Positions 12,413-24,494 of a stretch of 47,341 nt of DNA are shown here, one piece after another; position 1 is the stretch's first letter; each line of letters starts with the position of its first letter. A program made the translations under genes and the position numbers. The DNA is from Chiloscyllium plagiosum (lineage: Eukaryota): the NCBI RefSeq assembly GCF_004010195.1, contig NC_057758.1, forward strand, positions 6,576,603 to 6,623,943, read 5' to 3'. The notes under the pieces are model-generated. The model was given only the letters and a program-made list of their open reading frames with translations, was not told where the DNA came from and searched no databases.

Positions 12413-12912
12413 NNNNNNNNNNNNNNNNNNNNNNNNNNNNNNNNNNNNNNNNNNNNNNNNNNNNNNNNNNNNNNNNNNNNNNNNNNNNNNNNNNNNNNNN
12501 NNNNNNNNNNNNNNNNNNNNNNNNNNNNNNNNNNNNNNNNNNNNNNNNNNNNNNNNNNNNNNNNNNNNNNNNNNNNNNNNNNNNNNNNNNNNNNNNNNNN
12601 NNNNNNNNNNNNNNNNNNNNNNNNNNNNNNNNNNNNNNNNNNNNNNNNNNNNNNNNNNNNNNNNNNNNNNNNNNNNNNNNNNNNNNNNNNNNNNNNNNNN
12701 NNNNNNNNNNNNNNNNNNNNNNNNNNNNNNNNNNNNNNNNNNNNNNNNNNNNNNNNNNNNNNNNNNNNNNNNNNNNNNNNNNNNNNNNNNNNNNNNNNNN
12801 NNNNNNNNNNNNNNNNNNNNNNNNNNNNNNNNNNNNNNNNNNNNNNNNNNNNNNNNNNNNNNNNNNNNNNNNNNNNNNNNNNNNNNNNNNNNNNNNNNNN
12901 NNNNNNNNNNNN
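12413..12912. other. Assembly gap (500 N)
   Basis: Exactly 500 N, a fixed-size scaffolding gap. Confidence 1.
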
Positions 12913-14224
12913 ATATGCACTTGGGGAATTCGGGGACAGTCGAGTAGTTAGTAAGGCGACTGTAGAGTAACTGGCTCATTGGAATAATTTGTGTCGGTAC
13001 TAAAAGCGTTGGGCGGTGTCATATTTGCTGAATGTTCCATTTGCAAATCTTACAGTAGCTTTCACAGAACGTGCTTCAATCTCGAATATCAGACCACAAT
13101 TAGTGATATTCGTAGAAGTGCTAGTACATCAGCAAATGTTCCAGTTAGACTTTAAACTTCGCGGGAATTTTTTTGTGAATTACCAACATCCTGAAAAAGT
13201 AAATTTTGAAACACTCCCGCTGACGTGAAGCAAACAAGAACAACATTGTTCTTGCTAAATCAAAAGTTTCATGACATCAATCATTGCCTCCAACCATCCG
13301 AACCCCGTCGAAAATTCAAAACATTCTGTTTTTGACGCGCTTTGCGAATTTGATTAAAATGGATTTAATTGCACAGATATTTTTGAATTCAAAAACAAGG
13401 TCTCCATTGCTGACTCTGAAGTATGGATGACATTGTTCTTTAGGGGATTGGACTAATTGCTGCGCTATAAAGATCGGTTCTGTGAATTTGTAATTCTAAT
13501 TCCTCAGCTGGATTCACCAAGTGAGATGGGATCAGCGTTTTTATAAAGATAATGCTGTATCCATAACCTTTCATACACAACTGAAGCCAATTCAATCTCG
13601 CAATATTTTTACTCTGCATAGTCTTGACCAACATAATAAGGAAGACAGAATGCCTCTATTATACACTCACATTGTGCCTGTTCTCATTCACCTGTCCTTC
13701 CCATGTCTCTGATCTTTCCTTAACGAGAAATGTCTCAGAGAACTCAGCAGGCAGTTAAACAGACAGAGAAATAAATGGTAAAGCTTACGTAAGGCAACGT
13801 CGATCGGCAGTTGCGAGCAAAAAAAAATGGCTTTCAGTCCCAGTCGAATCTCAATCCCACTTTTGAAACAGTCAGATCTCCTCATCAAGCACCACACGTT
13901 TTGACTCTGACTTCCGGTCTCCACAGTCCTCACTTTTTCCTGATATACTCCCATATTCTGCAACTGTTATGTGCACACAAAACGTATGAAAGATGATCAA
14001 GCATGAATGTGCACACTTCCCAGTTGGCGAATATCAATCACGGAAGGCATCTGAGAGAATTCAGACACGCTATCCGTTTTCTTAATAATGGCCAAAATGT
14101 ATTTCGTTCTCATGACAAGACATCAATTACTTCGGGTCTGCCTACTGCACTACACACATTAGCTGTTTCACCGATTTAAGTACAATCTCTAAAGCAGAAA
14201 AGAAATAACCATCTTGCCGTTCTG

Positions 14225-14840
14225 CTGTTTTTAAGCAACTGCTACCAGAAACAAAATCAAAATACTTCACCGAGGAAACAGAAACCTGATGATTGTAACT
14301 GTGAGCATTGTTAATTATTTGAGGTATCTTACGTGGTACTTTCTTTTTTCCCTTCAATAATTATTGACGAAGTACCATAACTTTGGAAACAGACTGATGA
14401 CTATTTCACTTGATCATTTTAGATAGTGTATGAGTGAGTTGGCAGTCTCCTAATGCCTGTGCTTCCAATGATTTAAAATTTGTTGTGCAATGTTATGAAT
14501 ATCAGTTATATTTTCACAGCCAAGCGATTCCACACTGTCTTCCATGGTCAAGGGAAGAAAAAGGGAAAATATCTTGGAACTGAAATGAATAATTCAAGGA
14601 AAAGTGTAATCTTTGCTTTGTCCTGCAATTTTATGTTATTGTGGTTAAATTATGTTGTGCATTCCATAGAATGGTCAGTTGGGAACTTAATTCTACAGAA
14701 AAAAAAACTTAGTGATTCCTTGAATGTGTCCAGCATTTGTGATTTATGCTTCTGTTGCTGAGTGGATGAATGAATAAGTGCAATTTCGATCCGACCCAAA
14801 TAACGTGCACAGAGAAATTAAATTATGCCATGAATACGAA
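14225..14840 (+). pseudogene. GPR139-like class A GPCR pseudogene (end of TM3 to TM7)
   Basis: Threaded across frameshifts and stops: NCYQKQ/SKYFTEET/IVTVSIVNYLRYLTWYF/IIDEVP*LWKQTDDYFT*SF*IVYE*VGSLLMPVLPMI*NLLCNVMNISYIFTAKR..TEMNNSRKSVIFALSCNFMLLWLNYVVHS../QHL*FMLLLLSG*MNKC..TQ..TEKL. This matches the motif series of the chondrichthyan-expanded GPR139-like family as recalled (CCQKLK.KYCTEKT, EMENRRKS.ILLFALS.NFILLW, GFMLQLLS.CTNT.IY..TQ.KFREEL). Confidence 0.85.
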
Positions 14841-15004
14841 CTTGTTATGACGTCTACACTTCTGAAATGAGAATTAAAGTTAAAAATTTGGAATCCTACT
14901 ACTTATTCTCCTTTTTAATATTTAGTCGTCGAATGCTCCTGAAAGTTCATTACAACACGACATCTTCCACAGGCATATGATCAGGATACTTTAATCTTAT
15001 ATAG

Positions 15005-15085
15005 TGAAAAGTCCCACAACATCAGATTATAGTCCAACTGGTTTATGTGCAAGTACAATCATTCGGAGCGCTGCTCCTTCGTCAG
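15005..15085 (-). mobile_element. Penelope-related terminal fragment with hammerhead-like motif
   Basis: Minus strand reads ctgacgaaggagcagcgctccgaa..ccagttggactataatctgatgttgtg. Same family as 32553-32742 and 44785-44871. Confidence 0.65.
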
Positions 15086-15249
15086 AGCTGCTGTTCGAAC
15101 ACAAGTAACTCCACATCATCGCTGTTCAGATATATTGTGAAACAGGACTTTGTAAGTCTTCAAGCTGATAGTGCACCACACAACTCAAATATGTCTCGTC
15201 ACAGGCCAATTTCAGTGAGATTCTGAAAGAAAGGAAAAAAGAGAAGCTA

Positions 15250-15460
15250 TACCGGTGGAGTTCCAGATCAAATATCGAAAAAACTGAATATACACCACAA
15301 ATCTGGCACCACCTGTTGGAAGAAAGCAGAGTTAAAGTTTTGAGTTGAGAGACTTCTCTCGAACGTTTCTGATAAGCGACTCAAAATATCAACTCTACTT
15401 CCATCCCACGGATGACGCCAGATCTGCTGAGTTTCTCCAGCAGTTTGTTTTATTTTTGAT
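15250..15460. mobile_element. Decayed fold-back short element (Penelope-related family)
   Basis: aaatctggcacc..agcagagttaaagttttgagt pairs imperfectly with actcaaaatatcaactct..gccagatct. Confidence 0.55.
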
Positions 15461-17111
15461 CAGTGAGATTCTAATTACCGTTTTCCACGCACGCATGATA
15501 ATTTCTGGATAGAGATATCCAACAATCTGTTGGATATGTATGTGTTTTTATACCCCCCCCCCCCCCCCCCCCGTCATATTAAAATTCGTTCAATAGTGGA
15601 ATGTTTAACAACCAATCGAAATTTGACTATCAATTTGCAAGTATTAACAATGCACGTATTCCACCAGTCCACAAACAGACTAAAAAACGTCCGTCAGATT
15701 CTGGGCTTTGAAAAAGTGTATTTGTCATTTACATTTTGATATCCCACAACGTCGAAGGGTTTCGAACCAAAACGTTGGCTTTCCTGCTCCTCCGTTGCTG
15801 TGTGACCTGTTGTGCTTTTCCAGCTTCACATTTATGGTCTCTGGTTTCCAATATCTACACTACTTACTATCTTCCAGTTAACTCCTGTTGCGATTGCAGG
15901 TGTCAGTCTCTAATTCTTCAATATACTTGTATTCATTCTGCTGACGTTATCCTATGCATGGCCATTGCTTTGGAAATTCTGGAATTCGGGAAATTGTCTA
16001 AGCTGCACTATGTTGCGCCGATCCAAGCCCACCTAACCTACACTAGCCCACTATTCTCCAACATCGAGGGCCAAAAGCTCACCGTACTGCAGATCGCCCA
16101 TTCCACCCCAGAACATAACCTTTGCTCATAGAACAAAGAACAGTGCAGCACAGTGCCAGCCCTTCGGCCCTTGATGCTGTGCCAGCCTTTTATCCTACTC
16201 TAAGTTTAGATGGAACTACATATCCTTCTTTGTGCTGTCTTCGTCTGCCAATCCATCATCTCTGAAAAGGCACGAATGAATCTGACTCGAATTCCACTGC
16301 CGGCACTCACCATTCTCTGTGTAAGGAAAATAGGCTGACATCGACTCTAAACCTGTTTCCAGTCACCTTAAAATTATGCCCTCTCGTGATAGAGATTTCT
16401 GCCATTGTAAGAGCTCATTCGGTATCCAACCTATCTATGGTTTTCAACGTCTTGTAACCCTCTATCAAGGCACCTCTCATCCTTCTTCAGTGCAATGAGA
16501 AACGCTCAATCTCCCTTAACCTATTTTCATAAGACATGCCCTCCAATCCAGGCAGCATCCTCGCAATCTGCTCTGGAACCTCTCTCAAGCTTCCTCATCT
16601 TTGCTACTGTGAGACCTCCAGAACTCAATTAGATTTCAATCTGGATATCGTTCCTGGGTAGCTGCTGTTCTGTGCCTCAAGCATTCTGTAACGTTTGATC
16701 AGATTTTTGCCTGAAACTCACTCCAGGTTATCTGCGATTCCATATGTATGATATCCTGATCCCTTTGATAAGATTCCAGTTTCTAACTCATGTCAGGATA
16801 TCTCTTATTCAATCTATAAACCACCATCATCCCTTTGTGAAGGATTCAGCAGAATTCTGCAAGGTAAGAAATATGGCAAGACAGGGAAATTTAATCAGAG
16901 CCGGTTCAAAGTGCCCAGTGACAATAATAGGAATAAAATCGAAATAAAGAGAAGGTGTGTCCATTTAACATCGTAAGACGTCTTGAGTGCAAAGCAGGGG
17001 AGAACCACAGAATGTTAACATTTGGTCTGAAGTATTTCAATGAACAGATAATTGTGAAGTAATTACCTGAATCGGCCAGTTTCAAGTACTTGTCAAGAAA
17101 TTGATAACTGA

Positions 17112-17359
17112 GAGAAAGTGAGGACTGCAGATGTTGGAGATCAGAGCTGAAAATGTGTTGCTGGAAAAGCGCAGCAGGCCTGGCAGCATCGAAGAAGCAG
17201 GAGAATCGACGTTTCGGGCATAAGCCCTTCTTCAGGAATTCCTGAAGAAGGAAGCCCAACTTCAGGAATTCCTGAAGAAGGGCTTTTGCACGAAACGTCG
17301 ATTCACCTGCTCCTTGGATGCTGCCTGTTCTGCTGCGCTTTTCCAGCAACACATTTTTC
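17112..17359. mobile_element. Fold-back Penelope-related element with two opposed hammerhead-like motifs
   Basis: ~17150-17236 is inverted against ~17271-17357. A central perfect palindrome ccttcttcaggaattcctgaagaagg lies at 17226-17251, with a second copy of its core. Flanked by the direct repeat aaattgataactga (17098-17111 and 17360-17373). Confidence 0.85.
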
Positions 17360-19449
17360 AAATTGATAACTGAACCTTGCAAATGCTAGACATATCAATT
17401 AACTGATAATTTCATCCTGTAAATGTTAGACTGATCACTGTATCCAGTAAATGTTAAACCTTTTAATGCGTCGATGCCTGTATACTGAAAATGTTGATAC
17501 AACTAATGAGCAGTCTGTTATACTATGCCATGATGTGCATTTCCCTGTGTTGGATGAGGGTGGGCAAATTTAAAATTCACATAACCCCGGGTTATCCTAC
17601 AACAGGTCCACCTGCAAGTGCATACTTCCAGGGCACCGCGCCTCCATCAGCCACCAAATGATATCGGACTGCAGGACACAGAATTCAAGCAAAAAATCCA
17701 AATGTCACACAGCAGACGCAATGCTTCAAATATACCCAGACCACTGCCAAGTTTCCTATCAATACAGTAATCCTAGAACTTCCTTCAAGTTGCATTTCCT
17801 ATGCTGTCCATTGCTTTGCATATTTTCTGCTGTAAGGTTGCTTTCTGCAAAATCGACACATCCTGTACGTTCGCCAGTCTGTTTTACTCTCACAAAGTAT
17901 TCGGAATCGTGCTAACTGGACTTTCTTCCAACATATACAACTGTGTTGAACATGTGTCTATGGCTGGGTTGTTTAAGTAATCTCATGGCCTCGTTCTTGT
18001 GCATATGTGAAACAATTGGATGAGGACTCGTTTGAACGTCATAGCAATTTAGGATAGCGTCTTTTATGGTCAACGATATGATCTAAATGAAATGTGTCAG
18101 TCTAGCAATTGAACTTGTTCGCTTCAATAAAACATCTTCTTACAAACACTTCATTCTTGGTGATAAATGCGACTGGTCCCGACAGAATGACTGTCGAGAT
18201 ACGTTTACTAAACAGCAATATGAAGAAATCTGCTGGACTTGAGTGTCGATCACAACTCAGAGCTAATCGTTTCAGATAGTTTTCGTTTTGTTTTCTTTTA
18301 TACAGTGCCAAGGACCCGCAACAGCATCTGTCTCTCACCCACTGGTGATACAATCTGAAGAATTTCTGCCCACTTTTAATCTGCCAAAAATGTGATGGTT
18401 CCCATTTCCTCACAAATATTTCATTTCAAACATAGTAACATTCTGGGATATGCACAGATTATTCTTGAATGAATGATTTTTGATACAAATCCTTCCGTTT
18501 TTCATTATTATATTTGATCCCAGCTAACATTTCTGAGCTCATCATATCCACTTTGTCCTCGACTGTCGTTGATTTTTATTTTCTCCACGATTTAGTCAAG
18601 TGTAATTTCTGATAACAGAACGTCAAATGCTTAATTCTTATACTTTGATTATTGTTTGTGTTTCCTCATGTGGCTTTGTGAATTTGTTACCAGAGAGTCA
18701 GGAAGAATCCTAGGATGAACTGCCTGCAACATTGAATTTATCTGATGTCCCTCTGACGTTTCAACCACAGAAGCAAGAAAACCCATCTGCGATCTATGTT
18801 TACCATTACCAAACATAAACAAAATTTCCAGAACAGAGAATTTCTCGAAATCACTGAATACCACTTCAAAACATTTTATTGGACTTCGCTATCTCACTTC
18901 CTTTTTTTGATAATGGAACACTGCTCCCTCACGATGCATTCATCATATTTCAAGCTTTCTGGAAAACCTGTCCTTGAGTGAGTAGCACAAAATTATCTAC
19001 GGCTGTCATGGCGTTTGCAGCAGAACATGGCTGACAGTAGTTAAAGAAATTTGGAAGATATTTGCTTAATTTAGTCTGCACGTGTTGAAACATTTGTAGC
19101 TCTTGAACACAAAATAACAGAACTAAAACAAAATGAGCAATATTTTTAAAGCAAAAGACATAGTTAAGAATAATTAATTCTATACTTAACTTGAGAAACT
19201 CTCTTTAAACATTCTTACTGAAGGTCCCTACGATAATCAAGGGGATTGAATCTTGCATAAAGATTTTTAACTCTCATGCCGGTTGTCGTAGTTTTGGGCA
19301 TGGTCGCCGAGCTGGGAAGTTGCTTTGCTGACGTTTGGTCCCCTGACTGGGGACATCTTCATTGCTTTGCAGCCTCCTGGAAAAAATTATTTGGATCCAT
19401 TCCTTATGCTTCGGTTTGCCGGTTCCAGTAGTTCATTGTTGTGCCCTGT

Positions 19450-21092
19450 GTATTGGGTCTAGCTCGAAATGTTTGTTGATGGAGTCCGTAGATGAGTGAC
19501 GTGCTTTTAAAAATTATGTCAAATCCCTCTGATTGGCATGTACTATAATCATTGCGTTGTCCCAGTTCAATTTGTGATCCTTGTCATCGGTATGATTGGC
19601 TACCAGGGACATCAAATTATGGCGTTTAGTGGTCGCTTGGTTTTCGTGGTTGTGGATGGCTAATTTTCTGCCTGGTTGTCTTATAACGTATTTCGTTCAG
19701 TCTTCGCATGGCATATTGTAAATTACTTTTTTTTGCACAAGGTAGTGATGGAAAAGGATAGACCAGATCTAAAAGATGAAGAACTTTCGAAAGCTGAATG
19801 GGAGCAGATGTTCACAGGAAAAGGGATGGCTAGAAAATGGGAAGTCTTCTGAAATGAGATAACGAGAGCCCAGAGAAAGAATATTCCTATTGGGATGAAA
19901 GGAAATGCTGGTAGGTGTATGGAATGTTGGATGACGAAAGAAATTGAGGGTTTGGTTAAGAAAAAAGGATGCATATGTAAAGTATAGACAGGATAGATCC
20001 AGTGAATTCTGAGAAGAGTATAAAGGCAGTAGGAATATACTTAAGAGGGAAATCAGGAGGGAAAAAAGGGGATTTGAGATAGCTTTGGCAAATAGAATTA
20101 AGAAAAAACCAAGGGTTTTTGCAAATATTTTAAGGACAAAAGGTTAACGAGGGAGAAAATAGTGCCCCTCAAAGATCAGCAAGACGGTCTTTGTCTGGAG
20201 GTGTAGAAAATAGGGCATATACTAAACGAGTATTTTGCATCAGTATTTACAGTGGAAAAGGATATGGAAGGTATTGGGTCTAGCTCGAAATGTTTGTTGA
20301 TGGAGTCCGTAGATGAGTGACGTGGTTTTAAAAATTATGTCAAATCCCTCTGATTGGCGTGTACTATAATCATTGCGTTGTCCCAGTTCAATTTGCGATC
20401 CTTGTCATCGGTATGATTGGCTACAAGGGACATCAAATTATGGCGTTTAGTGGTCACTTGGTTTTCGTGGTTGTGGATGGCTAATTTTCTGCCTGGTTGT
20501 CTTATAACGTATTTCGTTCAGTCTTCGCATGGCATATTGTAAATTACTTTTTTTTTCACAAGGTAGTGATGGAAAAGGATAGACCAGATCTAAAAGATGA
20601 AGAACTTTCGAAAGCTGACTGGGAGCAGATGTTCACAGGAAAAGGGATGGCTAGAAAATGGGAAGCCTTCTGAAATGAGATAACGAGAGCCCAGAGAAAG
20701 AATATTCCTGTTGGGATGAAAGGAAATGCTGGTAGGTGCATGGAATGTTGGATGACGAAAGAAATTGAGGGTTTGGTTAAGAAAAAAGGATGCATATGTA
20801 AAGTATAGACAGGATTGATCCAGTGAATTCTTAGAAGAGTATAAAGGCAGTAGGAATATACTTAAGAGGGAAATCAGTAGGGGAAAAAAGGGGATTTGAG
20901 ACAGCTTTGGCAAATAGAATTAAGAAAACTCCAAGGGTTTTTGCAAATATTTTAAGGACAAAAGGTTAACGAGGGAGAAAATAACGCCCCTCAAAGATCA
21001 GCAAGACGGTCTTTGTATGGAGGTGTAGAAAATAGGGCATATACTAAAAGAGTATTTTGCATCAGTATTTACAGTGGAAAAGGATATGGAAG
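19450..21092 (+). repeat. Tandem duplication, 2 x ~821 bp (19450-20270, 20271-21092), right arm only
   Basis: gtattgggtctagctcgaaatg..ggatatggaag occurs twice head to tail; arm L has a single copy (~7790-8590). Confidence 0.95.
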
Positions 21093-22768
21093 ATACAGAA
21101 TTTAGGGGAATAGATGGTGATACCTTGCAAAATGTCCATATTACAGAGGAAGAAATGCTGGATGTCTTGAAACACATAAAGGTGGATAAATCCCCAGGAC
21201 CTGATCAGGTATATCCGAACTCTGTGTGAAGCTAGAGAAGTGATTGCTGGGCCTCATGCTGAGATATTTGTATCATCGGTAGTCGCAGGTAAGGTGCCGG
21301 AAGACGGGAGGTTGGCTAACGTGGTGCCAATTTTTAAGAAGGGTGGTAAGGGCAATACAGGGAACTATCGATTAGTGAACCTGACGTCAGTGGTATGCAA
21401 GGTGTCAGAGGAAAGCCTGAGTGACAGGATATATATGTATTTTGAAAGGCAAGGACTGATTAGGGATAGTCAACATGGCTTTGTGCGTGGGAAATCATGT
21501 CTCACAAACTTGATGGAATTTTTTTGAAGAAGTAACAATTAAGATTGATGAGGGCAGAGCGGTAGATGTGAACTATATCACTTAAGTAAGGCGTTCGACA
21601 AGGTTCCCCAACGGAGACTGGTTAGCAAGGTTAGGCCTCACGGAATACAGGGAGAAGTAGCCATTTAGATACAGAACTGGCTCAAACGTAGAATACAGAG
21701 GGTGGTGATAGAGGGTTGTTTCTCAGTCTGGAGGACTGTGACATGTAGAATGCCACAAGGATCTGTGCTGGGTCCTTTACCTTTTGTCATTTGCATTAAT
21801 GATTTTGATGAAAGCACAAGGAGTAGAGTTAGTAAGTTTGCAGCTGACATCAAAATTGGAGGTGTAGTGAACAGCGAAAAGGGTTACCTCAGATTACCAC
21901 ACGATATGGACCCGATGGGCCAATGAGCTGGGATGTGGCAGATGGAGTTTTTTCAGATAAATGTGAGGTGCTGCATTTTGGGAAAGCAAATCTTAGCATT
22001 ACTTATACACTTAATGTTAACATCCTGGGGAGTGTTGCTGAACAAAGAGGCCTTGAAGTGCAGGTTCACAGCTCCATGGAAGTGTTGTCATGGGAAGATA
22101 GTATAGTGAAGAACGCGTTTGGTATGCTTTCTTTTATTGGTCAGAGTATTGAGTGAGGAATTGGGAGGTCATGTTGTGGATGTACATGACTTTGGTTAGG
22201 CCACTGTTGGAATAGTGGCCAGAGACCAGAATTGCGTGCAATTCTGGTCTCCTTCCAATTGGAAAGGTGTCATGAAATTTGAAGAGGTTCAGAAAAGATT
22301 TCCAAGGATATTGCCAGGGTTTGTGGATTTGAGCTGCAGGGAGAGGCTGAACAGACTGGGGCTGTATTTCCTGCAGCATTGGAGGCTGAGGGGTGACTTT
22401 AAAGAGCTTTACAAAATCATGAGGGTCAACGATAGGGTAAATAGGCTAAGTCTTTTCCCTGGGGTCGGGGAGTCCAGAATTAGTTTTAGGGCGAGAGGAG
22501 AAAGATATTCAAGAGACCTAAGGTGCAACTGTTTCACACAGAGGGTGGTACATGTAAAGAATGAACTGCCAGAGGAAGTGGCGGAGGCTAGTACAATTGC
22601 AACATTTAAGAGACATGTGGACGGGTGAAGAGGAAGCGTTTGGAGGGATATGGGCCGAGTGCTGGCAGGTGGGTCTAGATCGGATTGTGATATCTGGTCT
22701 GCATGAATGGGTTGGACCGAAGGGTCTGTTTCCATGCTGTACATCTTTGTGACTCTATGATGATGACT
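20560..22768 (+). mobile_element. CR1 (HER1-like) LINE, right-arm copy
   Basis: VPEDGRLANVVPIFKK..SQHGFVRGKSCLTNL, PQGSVLGPLPFVICIND..SKFAADIKIGG, and a 3' UTR ending in gactctatgatgatga. Confidence 0.95.
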
Positions 22769-24494
22769 CCTGGTTGGTTTTTGGCTGAGCGTGGATGCCA
22801 GCTTCTGGGCTGGCATGATTCCCAGTGGTTGTCAGTACTCAAGCTTTTTATTAGTGTAAGGTAGAGCAGCTACTGATTTAGGTTAAATCATGTCATCGTA
22901 GTGTTATCTGTTACCTATCTGCAGATATAGTTGTGGGATATTCGCTCTTGCTAGATACTCTGCAGAGGTGTTCTTCTTCTTCCCTTCATAGATGGGGAAT
23001 GCTGCCTTGTGATGCAACCCTTCTGAAGAGTGACCCAATGCACCTTGTATTGTGTGTGTTGGTGTTGTTGCTGTTGGAGTCCAGGACCTAGTTGGTGGGT
23101 GTAGCTTTGCTGTATCTTTGTGTGGTGCATTCATTGCTTTGTGTTCCTTCTACTACCATCTGTTCTATTTGTCTTTCTGTAGTTATCGTTGAGCCTCTTG
23201 GCTCGTACAGCGTTTTTTCTGTGTCTGTAAGCTGTCCGTTTTGATGGTTTCTTCGCCAAGTGCTTGTGGTGTTGTCCTCGCTGCTGTTGGTTACCTTCGA
23301 CATTTACTTCGGGTAGTGCCGTTTTTTCAGTATGAAACTTTATTCTGTCCTCTGCTGGTGACCTATTTGATTATGGTGGTCTACTTTGGATTCATTGGTT
23401 TTGAAATGCAAGATTTTTGGCACGCATTTTCTTTTCTGTACCTGTGTAGTTTGATTTATTCGTCTTTAATCGTAACCTGGTCAATCATGAGAGCGTTTTG
23501 TCTGAGAGTTCCCCTGGTTTGCTGATTTGTGGTCCGTATCTGAGACAGGAAAACAAGGAGTGCATATTCAAAGCCCTAGACCAATGCTTGACGACACATT
23601 TCACATTCAGAAACCAAATGCATGAACCGATTTCTGAAGCAAATAGGGTTCAATTATCTTTGTGTTAATTGCAAAAACAAATATGCAATGAGTGGAAAAA
23701 GAAATCTACACATCCAGCCCACTTCACTTATCATGAAGAGAAAAGAAATCGAGAGCACACACTGAATTCTTGACACCATGCTCACAGAGTTAGATTTACG
23801 AGAAAGAGGAAACGCAACAAACAATTCCTATTCTTAGATATGATCGCAGAAGCAGCACAAAACATTGATAGTAATGCAAATGTGTAGAGGAATGCCCCAA
23901 TTATCAACTAGATCCTGAAGGACAAAAGGAACAATCCGAACACAGACACACACAAGAGACGCTGCATTAGGACCCTGGCCATAAGGTCTACAACACATTG
24001 CAGAACGCCTGATCTACGAAGGAACGATGAAGAACACCTCCACCAACTGTATTCCAAGAATAGATATCCCGGAAATTTCACCTGCAGAAACCAAACAGAC
24101 AAACAACACGATGAGCACACGCCACGAGCTCACTCACTCATCTGAGACGTTTAACATTATAAGCCTTTTAGTTAACAAACTTCTCCCACCACTGAGATTC
24201 ATAACATCCACAAACAGGCAACCACACTCAGACAAAGTCTCAACAAAACAAAAGGCCCTGTCCACCATGTGCAGCAACATAATTTACGTGATTCCATGGA
24301 AAGCATTCACGCAACAATAAAGTGGGCAAACAGGCAGGCAGCGAGCAACCAATGTTCATGAACAAAAACTCGCCAATGTAAGCCACTTCCAGCAGCTCTT
24401 ATTAAGCACACAGACAGATGGCAACATACTTATAATAGGACAACCTGAACAGAGGATAGTGAGGGAATTCATAGAAAAATGACACTCATTAACG

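Noticed and set aside
12104..12979. Long ORFs of 196-291 aa
   Set aside because: They are long only because they read through the 500-N gap.
15860..15990. Possible GPR139-like exon-2 start (cttccag|ttaactcctgttgcgattg) inside the arms
   Set aside because: Only the first ~20 nt resemble the family start; downstream CGLS/YLVAMA motifs cannot be threaded convincingly.
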